A stretch of DNA of 63,822 bases, the filler included, from Choristocarpus tenellus KU-1152 (lineage: Eukaryota > Protista > Phaeophyceae): NCBI GenBank assembly GCA_964200185.2. It is 10 parts of 10 records of this genome, joined end to end, with 100 filler letters (N's around TTAATTAATTAA, not from the genome) between each part and the next. Parts side by side here need not be neighbours in the genome. Positions count along the whole stretch, not along the records: positions 37,177 to 40,946 come from CAXNAD020018023.1; positions 41,047 to 45,123 come from CAXNAD020016342.1; positions 45,224 to 54,785 come from CAXNAD020003575.1; 7 more parts are not named here. The stretch is one strand, 5' to 3'. A program made the position numbers and the translations under genes. Under the pieces are notes generated by a model. The model saw nothing but the letters and a program-made list of their open reading frames with translations, was not told where the DNA came from and made no database searches. Below, piece by piece: positions 39,804 through 52,787 of the stretch (its first letter is position 1; each line of letters opens with the position of its first letter).

Positions 39804-40325
39804 GAGTGAAAGTATCTTAGAGGGCACGAGTTTTGCCCTGTTTGTCCATCTGGGGCTTGGCTTCCCTCGGGGCTTTCATGACATTTTCCTACTCCATAAT
39901 ATTTTGGAGTAGGAAAAATGTAGATGTTATGAAAAGGTGTGCTTGGAACAAGGATGTTAAGTGAAAGTATCTTAGAGGGTACGAGTTTTTTCCGTGTTTG
40001 TCCGTTTGGGTCTTGACTTCCCACGGGTTTTTAATGACATTTTACCTACTCCAAAATGTTTCGGAGTAGGTAAAATGTGTACATTTTGAATAGTGTGTCC
40101 GGAATAAGGATATTGACACTTCCTAACAAACACGATAGCCAGAATTACACCAAAAATCGCAAGATTGGATTTTGGTCCCCAAACAGACGCGGCTCTACCC
40201 TCTAAGATACTTTGACTCTGTTGACACCTCCTAACAAACACGGTAGCCAAAATTACATTGAAATTGCAACACTGGATTTTGGCCCCCAAATGGATGCGGC
40301 TCTACCCTCTAAGATACTTTCGCTC
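39804..40325. mobile_element. MITE family A (outer), interrupted by another family A copy
   Basis: Both TIRs present; TSD AGAA/AGAA. Confidence 0.9.
39959..40218. mobile_element. MITE family A (inner nested copy)
   Basis: Both TIRs present; TSD TGTT/TGTT splits the outer copy's AAGGATGTTGACAC motif. Confidence 0.92.
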
Positions 40326-43300
40326 AGAATGAACAAAACCTGGGTACCTCTCGTTTACTCTGGCTCACTACTGTGTACATAAAGCAATGAAATAGGGTAT
40401 TTTGTTATATTCGTTACAGTTGGAAGAGTCTATTCGACACCCTCCCTGACTCACACAACTCTGAGTGATCACTAGACATAACTAGCTACTGAACTCACTG
40501 AAGAAGTAAATCTAAACGAACACGAAGAGTTCTAAATCCAAGGAAAAACAAACACTGAACATAGTCTAAATCCAGCAAAGCCCCTACATGCCTTCAAAAA
40601 TATTTCTCTGCTACAGGCTTGGTCAACATATCTGCATGCTGCTCATCTGAGTTAACATGATTTATCTGTGTTTGCTCATATGTGACCAAGTCCCTCAGGA
40701 AATAGTGTCGCGTGCATCTATTTACTTGGTCCTGCAAGAACTGAAAGGGTTGTTTGCCAAATGGATGGCCCCTGTATTGTCCTCATGCACCACATAACAA
40801 GAACCAGAAACATCAGGTCGAACAAAGTCCAATACACCCTTCAAAAACAAGAACTCCTTCACACAGTCCCCAATGGCTATGTACTTGGCCTCTGCAGAGG
40901 ACTGTACAATGATACGCTGAGTCTTAGAAAGACAGGCTACTACTACNNNNNNNNNNNNNNNNNNNNNNNNNNNNNNNNNNNNNNNNNNNNTTAATTAATT
41001 AANNNNNNNNNNNNNNNNNNNNNNNNNNNNNNNNNNNNNNNNNNNNCTTCAACTGCCTCGGTGAGCGCATGCATGGATGGGGAGTATAAGGGGGTGGCCC
41101 CCATCTACGATCCAAGTAGGCTACAGAGGCAATGTTGGCACCTACACAACACTCAAGGACCAGCATCATCGTGAAGCACAGAGAGGCCAAGGACAAGCTT
41201 GCACACAAGTGGTTCAAGTGGGTAGGGGACGACAAGGTTGTTGGGTAGTACGTCGTTTGCTGAACTCATTGGGCTGCAGAGATACACTAGTCAAAAGAAG
41301 CATGCCAAGGAAACGAGTGTTATCTCCGCTCTAAAGTCAGCATTATCAGTTACCAAATGATGCTGTTCAAGCATGTTTACGCCCTGGTCTGGTGCACCTT
41401 CAAACTAGAATACAAGAACCAGAACATGGTCGGTCACTCATCAACCATTAGGCTTGATCAGTGCTTGGGTTTCGAGCCTTTGCCTTGATCGCCTCACAAG
41501 TACAGGCTTGTGCCTTTATCTCAAGTCGTCCCCATAGCCCTCATATGCACTCCTTATATTTGAGCACTCCTTTTCTTCCTTTTGACCACAACTGGCACCT
41601 TGAGGATATTTATTATTCACGATAGCAAACTCTTCCACCAGCTGAGCGACCCTCAATATTACGACCAAATTCAACCTGAGCAGGCAAAAGGCACCCAAGG
41701 ACTCCGCCTACCATCCAAGAAAATATGGAATTCCAGCATGCCTGCTGTTCAAGTCGCAGTGGTGGATTAACCATTGAATAACTAGGTTGCGATGGTGGGT
41801 ATACAGGAAATACTATAGAGGCTACTTGGACCACTTCCTTTCTACTCACCTTGATCGCAATGTGCACTGGATTCCTCTGCCACGCACGCTTGACCAGCAC
41901 AGTGGAATCTCATGTACTCTTGGAGTTGAAGCAGGAGTCCTTGAACGCCCTTTGACTTTTCAGTTAAATTTGGTGGTCACGTAGGTAAGAGTTGTAATGA
42001 TCCCGGTTGTGCAGCTTACTACTGTTGATATGAAAAAGGTTCCAGTTCCACTGCAAAAGGAAGGCAAGATAAACCACAGACGTTGAGTTCCTATAAAAGC
42101 AAAAAGTGTGGCCATGGGAGAAGATCATTACAAGTCAGGAAGTATTTATTTGTGGAGTAATGAAGGTGAAAACTCAAATTTAGAGATGGTCATCGAGTGC
42201 AAAGCCCGAACGACCTAATTGTTCTTGCAGTCCAGATTCAAGGTGCATCAGACCATTGTGTACACACACATGACATCATATGGTACCTCCCAAGAAGACT
42301 GATTTGATGTGGAGATTGTTCTTCTCATGATACTCATGCTTGAATGAGCTTGCTCCTACCCTCTCTATGCAAGAACATTGCAAAATCCCCACAGTCAAGT
42401 GCAGGTGCCCATATCGACCTAAGAACCTAGATTTAGGAGCAGACAGTAGGGGACAAGCCTGTACTCCCCATCACCGTTGTTGCTTGTGTCCACTGGGTCA
42501 TCGCTCGCCTGGGCTTACAGCACCCTCCACAAGTTGCTACCGTGTCTATGGAGTTGTTTTTGTGAGGCCCAATAAAGTCTGTTCATGTGTCTTTTATGTC
42601 ACCCTATGCACTAGAGGAGGGCTGCCTTCAGACTCGTAGCGTTTGGGTGCACTCCTGTTGAACTACTTTTGATTTGATCAAAGAGGGACAGTAGAAGACC
42701 TCACATGTGCATGTGTAGTTGCTTGCAGACCCCAACATTATCAGAGCTAATGATGTTGGCACTCATGGCCTTATTGCAGTGCGACAAAAGCAATCTGTTT
42801 CAGTGTGACGGGGGGGACTGAAAGGGACCAGTAAACTCTAAGTAGGAAAAGCTACCCACAGGTGGAACAAACCAGTGTTTTCCATCTTGAGGGCCATTGA
42901 GCTCTGTGTTGACATGAACTTCCCACAGCATAGGAGTGTCCTCCATAGGTGCCATCCTGTGCAGTAGGTTGATAAGAGCCCATACCAAGTCCAAATGAAG
43001 CAGACACGCCTATTCTGGTGAATGCAGTCAATACCACTGCCACAATACACATACTGCAACATGTCTGCACATGCACACCACTGCTGCTATTAATAGTGTT
43101 ACTGTTTGAATTTGGCACAAGAAATTAAACAAGACTGCATATGGATTGGATTGGAGTGTAGATTGCTCATGTGGCTGCTGAACAAAGTGGAGCCCTCAAA
43201 CAACTAGAGGGGTTCTGCCCTTCCCAGAGAGGTTAAAGGTTGTCCACACAACTGAGCAGCGACATACACGTGTTATCTCGGCATTGCACACCTCTCCACA

Positions 43301-44185
43301 CACATGACGAGTAAAAAACAGGATATGACCCTAGCAGCAAATTCATATTCTCATCACATACATACATAATAAATGCGTGCACACAACTTCATACACGATT
43401 TTCATAGTAACAATAACTGGTCAAATGCTTGTTCCCACTAATGCAGACAAGACAATCAGAAGGAAACAAAAACCACGCTGCAGTGGTAAAACACAAAAGT
43501 ACACAGACAGGGGCACAGTCACAACACAAAAAAAGAAAGTGTACACACATACTAAACATGTCACAGCCAATCAAGTGCACCCATTGTTTTTCCTGCCACT
43601 CCTACTAAACTATGAACCCCAGAAAATGCACCAAAACACTGCACTTCACAATACCAAGCAGAAGAGAAGTAAACCTCCATCGCGTGCAGCACGGGACACA
43701 GCTGAGAGAGGGGCCCTTGCCATTTCTCAGCGCACGCAGTTCTGTAGCTCAACACACAGCCGACACTGTCTCTGTGTCACAGTAAGTGTATTTCGAGGCC
43801 AACAGAGATGGGGCGGGTCAACAAGTCAAACCCACCAAGATAGCCAAGAACACCAAAAGAAATTACAATGAAGAAAAGGTATGCTTCAGCCAAGGGAGCA
43901 CTCGTATCGGTATCGTCTATGCCAGCTCTTGTTCCCCACTACCTTTACCCTCCTTCCAGATTGCAGCATTCAAACATCCTTTTCCATTGAGTCTCTACCA
44001 ATAGTTCAGCTCCCCAGCCGTACAAGTAATGCACACTCCGACCTTCACAGATATCACCCCTCCTCCAAAAATGACCACAAAACTGAGCTAGCTTGATGTA
44101 TCCTTCCCTCTTCACCATAGCCCTACCCTATGCTTTGCTACCTCAAAACCGTTGGGTCCTTTGCAGACATGGATACCTCACCCAC

Positions 44186-45123
44186 TCATGGTTTGGCATT
44201 CTTCCGTGCTGCCTTATCCTGCAAGGGAGGAGGAGCCATGACAAAAGTGCATTATTAACACATCACTGATACAGTAACCACAGCAATTAATTGATGGGAC
44301 AGATCCCAATAAACGTGCGTTTCGCGTTAGAGGACAGAGTGATAGCAACATTGACCACATAAGGGTGACTGCAGCACAATAAAGATTCAATTCATACAAA
44401 GCAAGAGGTTATAATAGGCCCCATTGGTCCACTACACAGAAAGGAGAAACAAAACATATTACAAAAAACAATAGTGGAACCCAGGACAGGAGACAGGAGA
44501 CAGGGGGAGTTATTATATTCCTTTCAGAAGGGCATAGATAGATAGAGCACAAGACGTTCAGACAATTATAAAATGGTAAGGATGGGGGTTACCTGCAGGA
44601 AGAAATACGAATCACACCATACATGACCATACAAGCCCCAATAAAACACACCATGACTAATTTACATTACATTCTACTTGTACGCTGGAGTCTACCAAGT
44701 ACTACAACACAGCATGTACTTCAGCAAAATGGCATGTATACCTAATATCTTGTCGTTACGGTGCAATAGAAATAATCTATCCTCCGGTTCACAAATAAAG
44801 TTAAAACTCTTCCCTCACTGTTCACTGTCACTCAATGACCTCCCATGACCACCCTCCACTCTTCTGATTATTTCCAGGGTAGCACAAGGGTATAGCCAAC
44901 CCCAACACAACTCAAAATCCACAACCCCCCCCCCCCAAATGCTCACTTTCTTCTTCCCAGTGATGTAATTGGCCAAGGCATCTTTTGCTTCCCCCCCTCC
45001 ACCCCCATTTCTCTCCCCTTCCCCAACCCCCCCATTCCCTGCTGCCCGCTCCCCCCCTCCCCCACCCCTTTCACCCCCCACACTCCTCCGTTGCCGGAAT
45101 CGACCCATAATAGTCTTCCTAGC
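44186..45123 (-). CDS. Possible exon fragments of an unidentified gene with a Gly-rich segment
   Basis: Open frame from the gap to AAA|GTGAGC (44947); pyrimidine-rich TTGCAG acceptor before 44218. Frame ambiguous (..ANYITGKKK|DKAARKNAKP* or an alternative). Confidence 0.3.
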
Positions 45124-45223
45124 NNNNNNNNNNNNNNNNNNNNNNNNNNNNNNNNNNNNNNNNNNNNTTAATTAATTAANNNNNNNNNNNNNNNNNNNNN
45201 NNNNNNNNNNNNNNNNNNNNNNN

Positions 45224-45690
45224 CTGGAGAGGGTAGTTCCTGGCTGGACCTTTCTGGGGTGGCGTTGGCAGGACTAGAGGTGGGCCTTCCTGACTCAGAC
45301 TCCACCACTTTAGCCTCAGTCGCCGCTGTAGATTCCCTCATTGCCTCCACACCCTCCATTGAAGAGTACTCCGCCGACTCCCCATCCTTGCTGAAGTCAT
45401 GTCATGACGTGGACCTTTCCTTTTGGGGTCCCTCTCTCACACTCATGTCCAAGCCTTGGAGCACATCATTGGATGGGGGCCATTTATTGCAAACAGGAGA
45501 AGATATGGAGGGACCCAACCATCAGGCATTTTTTCTGGAGGGGGGAGAATAGGGGAAACCTGGGGCGGAGGTCTCCCCCCTGATCCAGGAGAGGGCACTT
45601 CCTGGCTGGACCTTTCTGGGTTGGCGCTGGCAGGACCAGAGGTGGACCCTCCTGAATCAGACTCCGCCACTTTAGTCTCAGTCGCCGCTG
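45224..45690. repeat. Direct repeat of ~105 bp, ~360 bp apart (Ser/Pro/Glu-rich module on minus)
   Basis: GGAGAGGG..TTCCTGGCTGGACCTTTCTGGG...TCAGACTCC.CCACTTTAG.CTCAGTCGCCGCTG at ~45226 and ~45587; translate AATEAKVVESESG.. and AATETKVAESDSG.. Confidence 0.9.
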
Positions 45691-47087
45691 GACTTTCGAC
45701 TTCGTCCTCCCCCTCCAACAACGTCGATGATGCTCAGCAATCCTCGTTTTCTCCTGTTCCTCCCACAACCGGTGGCACAGCTTCTGGAGACAGTCTGTCT
45801 CCTGCTCCCCAGACCGCAAGTTTCTTCCGGGAACAAGACTGGGAAGCAAGAAAAGTGTTGGATGGGTGCATGTAAAGATGCTCCTCATTGAGCGTTGTGT
45901 TTATGGACTTCAGGTATGTAACCTACGAAAGTGAAGTGCAATACAGCATGAATTCAAGCAACATCTACCGTCCTACTCACGTCAGCCAGAGGGAGATGTA
46001 CACGTTGGTGACATTCTTCTGCGGCTTAGTCAGAAAATATTACGTACTTCACCCATCCATCACTCCTTTCTTCGAATGTCAATCGAACATGAAGCTGGCC
46101 ATGCCATCAGGACAAATTAACACCATCAGGTTTTAACGCCCCGAACTCGTCCAGGGGTGATACTCAAATGTGCCGCCAGTTCCTTCATATTCCCTCTTGA
46201 TCCACGTTGTGTCTGTTTCCATCTTCCATCTCTTAAAAGATCACAAATTGTGGTCAACCAACAGAGGAGATTGGAGAGCCATATCTTACCACATTCTCAA
46301 ACTCACTCTTCATTTTACCATGATAAAAATATAGGAATGTTTCACCTTGGAAAGATTGGTTCAGATACCGACCTCTACAGAGAATCCACGTGATAGAAGC
46401 AAATATATGTCAGAACTTGAAGCCCCTCAAGTTTATGGATTTGTGTCCTAATATGAAATATCATTCTTGACATCATTTATTTGATTATTTGATCAATCTG
46501 AGAATACAATATGATTCTACGTTGGTGTTTCAAATCTGAAGAGTTAGTAGGTTGTTCATATTTCTTGAATTGCAACCTATCTCATAAAGAGTCTGGAACG
46601 TTGAAGGAAAAAGACTTTTGGTTTTGAATTCTCCTTCTGCTCTTCCTCCTTCATTTCACTTCTTGTATGATAGAGAGAGTAAGTTCAAACACCATTTATT
46701 TGTATTTGTAGTCTCTTGTTTGCGAAAAATTTCGTACCTTGAAACATGGGTGGTGAGGTGTATCAGAGAAACTATTGTGCCAAGACAAGTTGGTTTTCCG
46801 TGTAGATGATGTTGTCCCACATCAATTGACTTAATCCTGGAGGTTAACCAAGTCAAATATTGGGACTGGAAGTCAACGATGGATGGAGTGGGTGAGTGAT
46901 AAGCACACTAGTCTTTGAAGTCTTGTAAGCAACAAGAGAAAGTTTCCGGGATAGAGGTGGGAGAGCACTGGTAGTGGTAGTACTCTATTATGTTCGGAAA
47001 ATAGTAATCTCCCTATGGGGAATATTAAATCGCTTCTCCTATTTAACGACTTCCTTCTTCGAATGCCGTGAAGCAGTACCTTCGCAG

Positions 47088-50000
47088 ATGGAAGGACGCG
47101 ATCTAGACAAGAAAGTCTTGGATATCCTCTTCCGTTCCACGGGTGGAACGTCGTGGCTTAACAACCAAGGTTGGGACAGAACGACTGATGATCTAAGTGT
47201 ACGACATGGCGTGAAGGTCAACTCGGAAGGACGTGTGGTTGAACTCGATCTGCGGAAGAACAACCTTAAGGGTAAGTGCATGAGCTGACAACTTTTCAAT
47301 ATCGGAGTTACGTTAAGCTGTGCTTTGCAATTGGCTCTTCCAGGATGAAGAGTACACAACACATTTCTCGACCACTCTCATCTTCCTTGTGCTAACATCT
47401 GAGAAAAAAGGGTGTAGACGTTCTCGGTGATCGTTTCTTTGTCTGGACCGGATCATACCTGCCATAGAACTCCTTCTCATGGGATAGGAGTTATGCCCGT
47501 TTTTTTATGTCCTCTTGGTGATGATGATCGTGTTACGGGTTATGCATGAGATAGTGAACAAGTTGTGTGTGTGTTGAGTGGTCATGGCAAATGTGACCCA
47601 AAATGTAGTACATGGTAGATTCTGTAGTGTGAGCCGACACGTCCATGGTGGTTAGGTGCCGATATTTCGTCCACCCTTGATCTTCTTTCCTCTCTTTACT
47701 CTTTCCGCTAGCGTCTCAGTTTCTACTTTTTGTGTGGTCCGGAGCTCTTTTTAGCTGGCAAAGGTGTGGGTGGTAGATCTCTGTTTTTTTTATGAGGCAG
47801 GATAATAATAAGGGTGTGCGAAAAAATCACTTGGTGTTTGTGCGGAAGGTCTGTTGTTATTCATGAAATATGTGCTATGAAGTGATATTATGTAGATTAT
47901 ACTTCCTGATAGAAGTTTAGTCCATGCCGGTATTGTATTTTGTGAATATATTGTAAATGTTACACTGTGACTAGCTTTTGAAATCGTATTTACTAGTATT
48001 TCCTCATTACCGAAGATTGACATGGTAACTGCGATCGATGCTATTGAAGACACTGACTGGTAGGTGTCAGTGGCCTCGACTTTTAATATACTTGTACGGT
48101 ACTTTGTTTTGGGTAGTTTGTGCAGTTGGTGAAGCACGGTCCAACAGCTTCCGTATTGTTTGCGTCAAAATATCTTGTCGACACATGAATGTGTATGATA
48201 ATGATAGCTTCTAAAACCTGGTCTAGCACAGTCTCGCTAACCGGATACGGTCATTGCACATAGACATCTTTGTAGCATGTAATGATTTAACATTGCATGC
48301 CCTTCTGGTATTGCACTCTACCTTCCATAGTCTACTCAATCTGTTGAAAGAATACTGTGCAAGATAGGCTAGGTAGTCTATGGCATGTTATGTGTTTAGT
48401 GACCAGCCCTAAACAACACCCTATGCAATAGAGAGTCTAATATAGTTTTTTGCTTTATGTGGTGTGGATTTGTTTGTTAGCGAAGTGAGCACATCCCTCA
48501 AGATCGGTGAGTGCTGTGCCTTGTTATCTATTGCCTTGGTGCTTTATGTATTGCCCTCGGTGCTCTCTCGTAGTATCTATTGTGTACGTCAGTAAACATG
48601 TCAGAAATATGCTTGTAACAGTTACACTGCGTGAGTCACTTATATTAAATAATATAAGTAAACCATCCAGACTTGAACCTGTTCCTCTAAACATATGGAA
48701 ACAAGTCCTTGACAATTACTCTACTCAGTCAAGACTTCTGTTGTTTAATTCTGGTCACTAAACACGTAACCTTGCACAGTATATTGCCTAGCCTATATTG
48801 CACACTCCCCCATGATGGTGCAGCAAAGTTGCTGACAAAAGCTCACTCTCGATGCGAAAGAACAGAATGCACAAAATGAGAGATACGGTTTTTGCGGAAT
48901 GATTTGGTTAACATGTCAGTAATTTGCTTGTGTTTTGAAATATATTCAATGTGAAGTATTCCTTGATGTACATACTCCCTTGTACACTTAAACATCATGT
49001 CCACATGCTTGGTCCTGCCATTGAATACTGTGATGATTTCCGCTTGAATGTTGCCATGGTTGTCACAGAACCGGAGAGTCTGGCCCTGTAGTACACCAAT
49101 CTCCCCCAGCATGCCTCAGATGAAATTGCAGTGGCGCATGCCATATGTCATTGCCGTCCACTCTGCCTCTGAGCTGGAAGGGGCGACTGCGCCTTGAAGC
49201 ATAGAGTGCCAGGGGATCAGTGATCTGTTGAACAGGATTATGTACCCCGTAACACTTCCGCGTGTTTGTTGGTCAGTGCCTCAGTCAGAATCTCCGTACC
49301 GTACCAGGAGTTGTTCATCCCTCTCATTCATATCTTTGTCCCCTCGATCATAGTGGATGCAGACATCATGTCTCCGTACTATAGAGCAAAGACGTGTTGC
49401 AGTCTGCGTCAGTGCCGCATGCATGGAGATGTCGCCCTGTGTCCCAGTTTACTAACGCTGTTATCTAGATGCGGTTGAGTCATGCCTGCGAGAAACATGG
49501 GTTGTCTTAGGATACTGGCATAGAGGTATATGGTAGGATTTAGTTGCTCTTTGTTGTTTTGTCTAGCAGAGAGGTCCACCCCAGGGTGCAGTGGTGTAGA
49601 TGTCTCTCGTACTTCTTTGGAGGCCATCCTGGTCATGACAATGCTTTTAGCATACATCTGTTGGCCCAAGGTGATGCCACCCTAACCCACAGTGATGCCC
49701 ATCCCAATTAACTTGTCTGGCGTACCTAGATCCCGCCCCTCGTAATTCTCTAGCAGGGATGCCCTTATCCTCTGGATCTCCTCTGTGAAAACCATAGTGG
49801 TGACAGTGTCGTCCACGTAGGTAGTTACGATGGCAATATGTCCATCTTCACTCTTCTTGAAGTAGAGATATTATCGTGTTGACTTGTTGTCCATCCTTCT
49901 GAGAGAATTGTGCCCCTTAGTACATGAAACCATTCTATGACTGACTGCTTGAGCCCATAGATTGCTTTCTCTCCCTTAATGATGCGTCTGTCTGGACGCT

Positions 50001-52267
50001 TAAGCCAGATGTCCTCCTGCAGATCTGCGTTGATGTTGGCCTGTGTGAAATCTAGGGTGTGTATGCTTCAACCTTTGTACGCTGTGACCGATATGACTCA
50101 TCTTAGTGTGTCGTATCCCACTACCGGGCTGAAGGTTTCAAAGAAAACAACTTCAGAATTTTGTTTGAACCTTTGCGCCATGAGTCTTGCCTTGTATTGT
50201 TACACTGCCCTGGCTGCCGAACGCTTGATCTTGAAAATAAATGGTGTTTTGATTGCCTTCCGTCCTTGGGGTAAGGCTTTGTCACTAAACGGCCCCTTCT
50301 GCCATAACCCTTCCATTTCCTTTTCCATGGCCTCCTGCCTCTGATCTGCATCTGACCCACCCAAGGCCTCCTCTGTTGTAGTTGATTCTTGTGCACCTGT
50401 TCCCACTTCTCCAATGATAGCACGACAACAATGACGCATACTGCGTATGGCTGTGTAAGGGTTGATATTGAGTGGTCCATTTCTGTTTCTGCATCTTCTT
50501 CCTGGTTACACAGAGAGGATTAGGCTACCCGCTGGCATTGTTTCAGTTTGGTAGATTTCCACCGCTCTGAGCGTGGGGCCAAGTGTTTGCTTGCCATCTG
50601 TGCAACCCATCCATGCGCTGGCGTTATCCCATCCTGGGAATTTGTTGACCTTGGAGGAATTCTGGGCGCTTTACATCTTGAGCCCCACCCCCAATATTGA
50701 GGCTCTCATCCTCACTCATGTCTGCCTCACTCCCTTTTGTGGAAGCCCCTTCTTTATATTTCTCCATATCCATGTCTCCAACAAACTATGACTCCCCAAG
50801 TATGTCCAGCTCTGGCTCCCCTACTATCTTCCGCATTTTGGTTTCAGGGTGGAAAGTCACCTGTGCTGAGGTCACCAGCTTGTCTTCCTGCAGGATCCAT
50901 ACATGCCAGCATAATAACATCCTGTCGTGTCCTAGAAGTATCCCCCTCTTTGCATATGAGTAGAACATTGCGAAGGGGAATCGTGTGAGTCTAATAAGTT
51001 ATTAATTTATCCAGACTCATACCTGTTGCTCTAATAATAATGAACCAAGTCTTTGAATATTACTCTACTCAGTCAACACTTCTGTTGTTTAGTGCTGGTC
51101 ACTAAACAGATAATGTCCTATAGACTACCTAGCATATATTGCACAAATACTATGCCTTTGAAATACAGAAGGACCTTGTGTATGTCCTTTAGGCATCCGT
51201 ATGACAGTGGAAGTGTGTATAACCAAGTACAATACAGAGTGAGGTTAGGAGTATCAGCAACTGGGAAATAATCTGTGTTGATAAGAATGATTTATCCAGT
51301 GTGTGTTTTTTGTCTGAATTGACCCTGCTTGATGGAGAGAATACTGAGTGGGCAATACAAATTTGAGATTGGATGATATTTTGATCCTCTCATTAATGTT
51401 AGCAGTCAGTGCAAGTTGTGAGTCTATTGAATGACACTTGAGAGGTTAGCTCTGTGTAGGTTGTAGTGGAAGGAGTGTTGCCTGAGAATAGAATTTTATC
51501 ATTTCAGTGTTAGCAGGTTCTGTATATGTTTCTCTGTAGTCCCCTTTGGAGGCCCAGCTAATGTAACATATGGTTAGATGATATTCCCAGGTAGTTCTAT
51601 ACCCAGAGGTAGATAATATGTGTAACTATTGTAAGACACATTCCCTCATTCTCTTGTAGCCTGTTACGTTGAAGTGCTCTTCCCAATACAACTGATAATC
51701 TGCATGAACAGCGTGTGGCTTTGGGGGATTTTTGACGTGACAAAATTTGTAGGTATTGATGACATGGTTCTATTCTTGCACCAATTTTTTGAATCAATTT
51801 GTCACCCTTGAGGATCTCTTACTTCAGAGCAGAGTGCATCAATCGAAATGTTTATGCTATGTTTTAATTTTAATTTTTTAGTGGTATTGACTCCAGTAGT
51901 AATGAGTGTACAGAGGTAGTTAGGTAAGTCTGGTTGTAGGTGGGTATGTGAAAATTGACTCCAATTGGGAAACTGAGATAAGAGATTGGATAATGAAAGG
52001 AGGAAACTTTAAAAAAGAGTCTATTATTTGTGGTTCAAGGAGATATATTTTAGTTCACTTTCTTGTCTTACGTTCTCTTTACATTTGACAATTCCGTCCA
52101 CTGATGAAGTAGTAGGGTGCCCTTTAAGATACACCACAAGAATAATATGTTTGACCATGATACATCTGTATAACCCCTTACCTGTATATGTTCAGGTCCT
52201 CTACCAAAGGAGCTAGGGAACCTCAGTGAACTACGAGTTCTTTATCTCTACAACAACGAGCTCACCG
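47088..52267 (+). CDS. Leucine-rich repeat protein, 5' part (LRRNT cap exon + one 72-nt LRR exon), LRR-ROCO-like architecture
   Basis: Exon 47088-47271 (DKKVLDILFRSTGGTSWLNNQGW...HGVKVNSEGRVVELDLRKNNLKG|GTAAGT) and exon 52196-52267 (GPLPKELGNLSELRVLYLYNNELTG, 72 nt, phase 1-1). Confidence 0.88.
48356..51145 (-). mobile_element. Ty1/copia deletion derivative in the LRR-gene intron; 5-bp TSD AATAC; LTR with ~63-bp terminal inverted repeats
   Basis: TSD at 48351-48355 and 51146-51150; full LTR 48356-48804, partial LTR ~50985-51145; PPT (GGGGGAG on minus) 48805-48811. pol remnants: KRGILLGHD..WHVW..LVTSAQVTF, AMEKEMEGL..LPQGRKAIKT..FKIK, YVDD (~49810), RTKHVDM..QITDMLTK. gag, protease and integrase core absent. 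Confidence 0.92.
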
Positions 52268-52569
52268 GTTAGTGTTACTTTTTCTGGCCTTACCCTTCCT
52301 GGTATAGAAAATGCTTTGTGTAATAGAAATTCCATATTGAATAGTAGTTAGACCTTATGGTTGTTAACATTCTGAGCGCTGTGTGGTGAGTCTATCCAAT
52401 ATTGCCTCTTCTGTAGTACATGTGAGTTAGTAATAATTGTTTGCAACTACTGTGGTATTACCGCTTGTAACCTGTGTTTTCATACAAGCCTGTTTGTTAA
52501 ATAGAAATTCATTGAACAGTTAAATTTTTTTCCTAACTAGTATACGCGAGTATTTTGTCACAATGAATG

Positions 52570-52702
52570 AAACCAAGTCACCAAAAAATCAAAACAGGTA
52601 TTGTTTTTTTCTCAAATGGACAACGACCTACCATGCCCCTCGGATACTTTGAGCCACGTTCAAAAACGGACTCCGCCAACCCCCCCCTAGATACTTTTAC
52701 CC
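52570..52702. mobile_element. Two adjacent or nested MITE family C right ends
   Basis: GATACTTTGAGCC ending 52655 and CCCCCTAGATACTTTTACCC ending 52702, each preceded by AAA(T/C)GGAC. Confidence 0.65.
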
Positions 52703-52787
52703 ATCTTCTCAATTTAAATATTCTTTAAATACATAGAGAAATAGAGTAACCAGAATAAATAACAGCTACTACGTATTAAGTTGTCCA

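Larger units (their letters stand above)
39582..40366. mobile_element. MITE family B (~260 bp net) carrying two nested family A copies
   Basis: TIRs GAGTCAAAGTAAACGAGAGGTACCCA / TGGGTACCTCTCGTTTACTCTGGCTC (24/26), ACT on both flanks; second copy at 59438-59682. Confidence 0.88.

Noticed and set aside
440-40325. Repeated AAAGTATCTTAGAGGGTA as CRISPR-like direct repeats
   Set aside because: Copies occur as inverted pairs ~260 bp apart with conserved interiors and TSDs, i.e. MITE TIRs.
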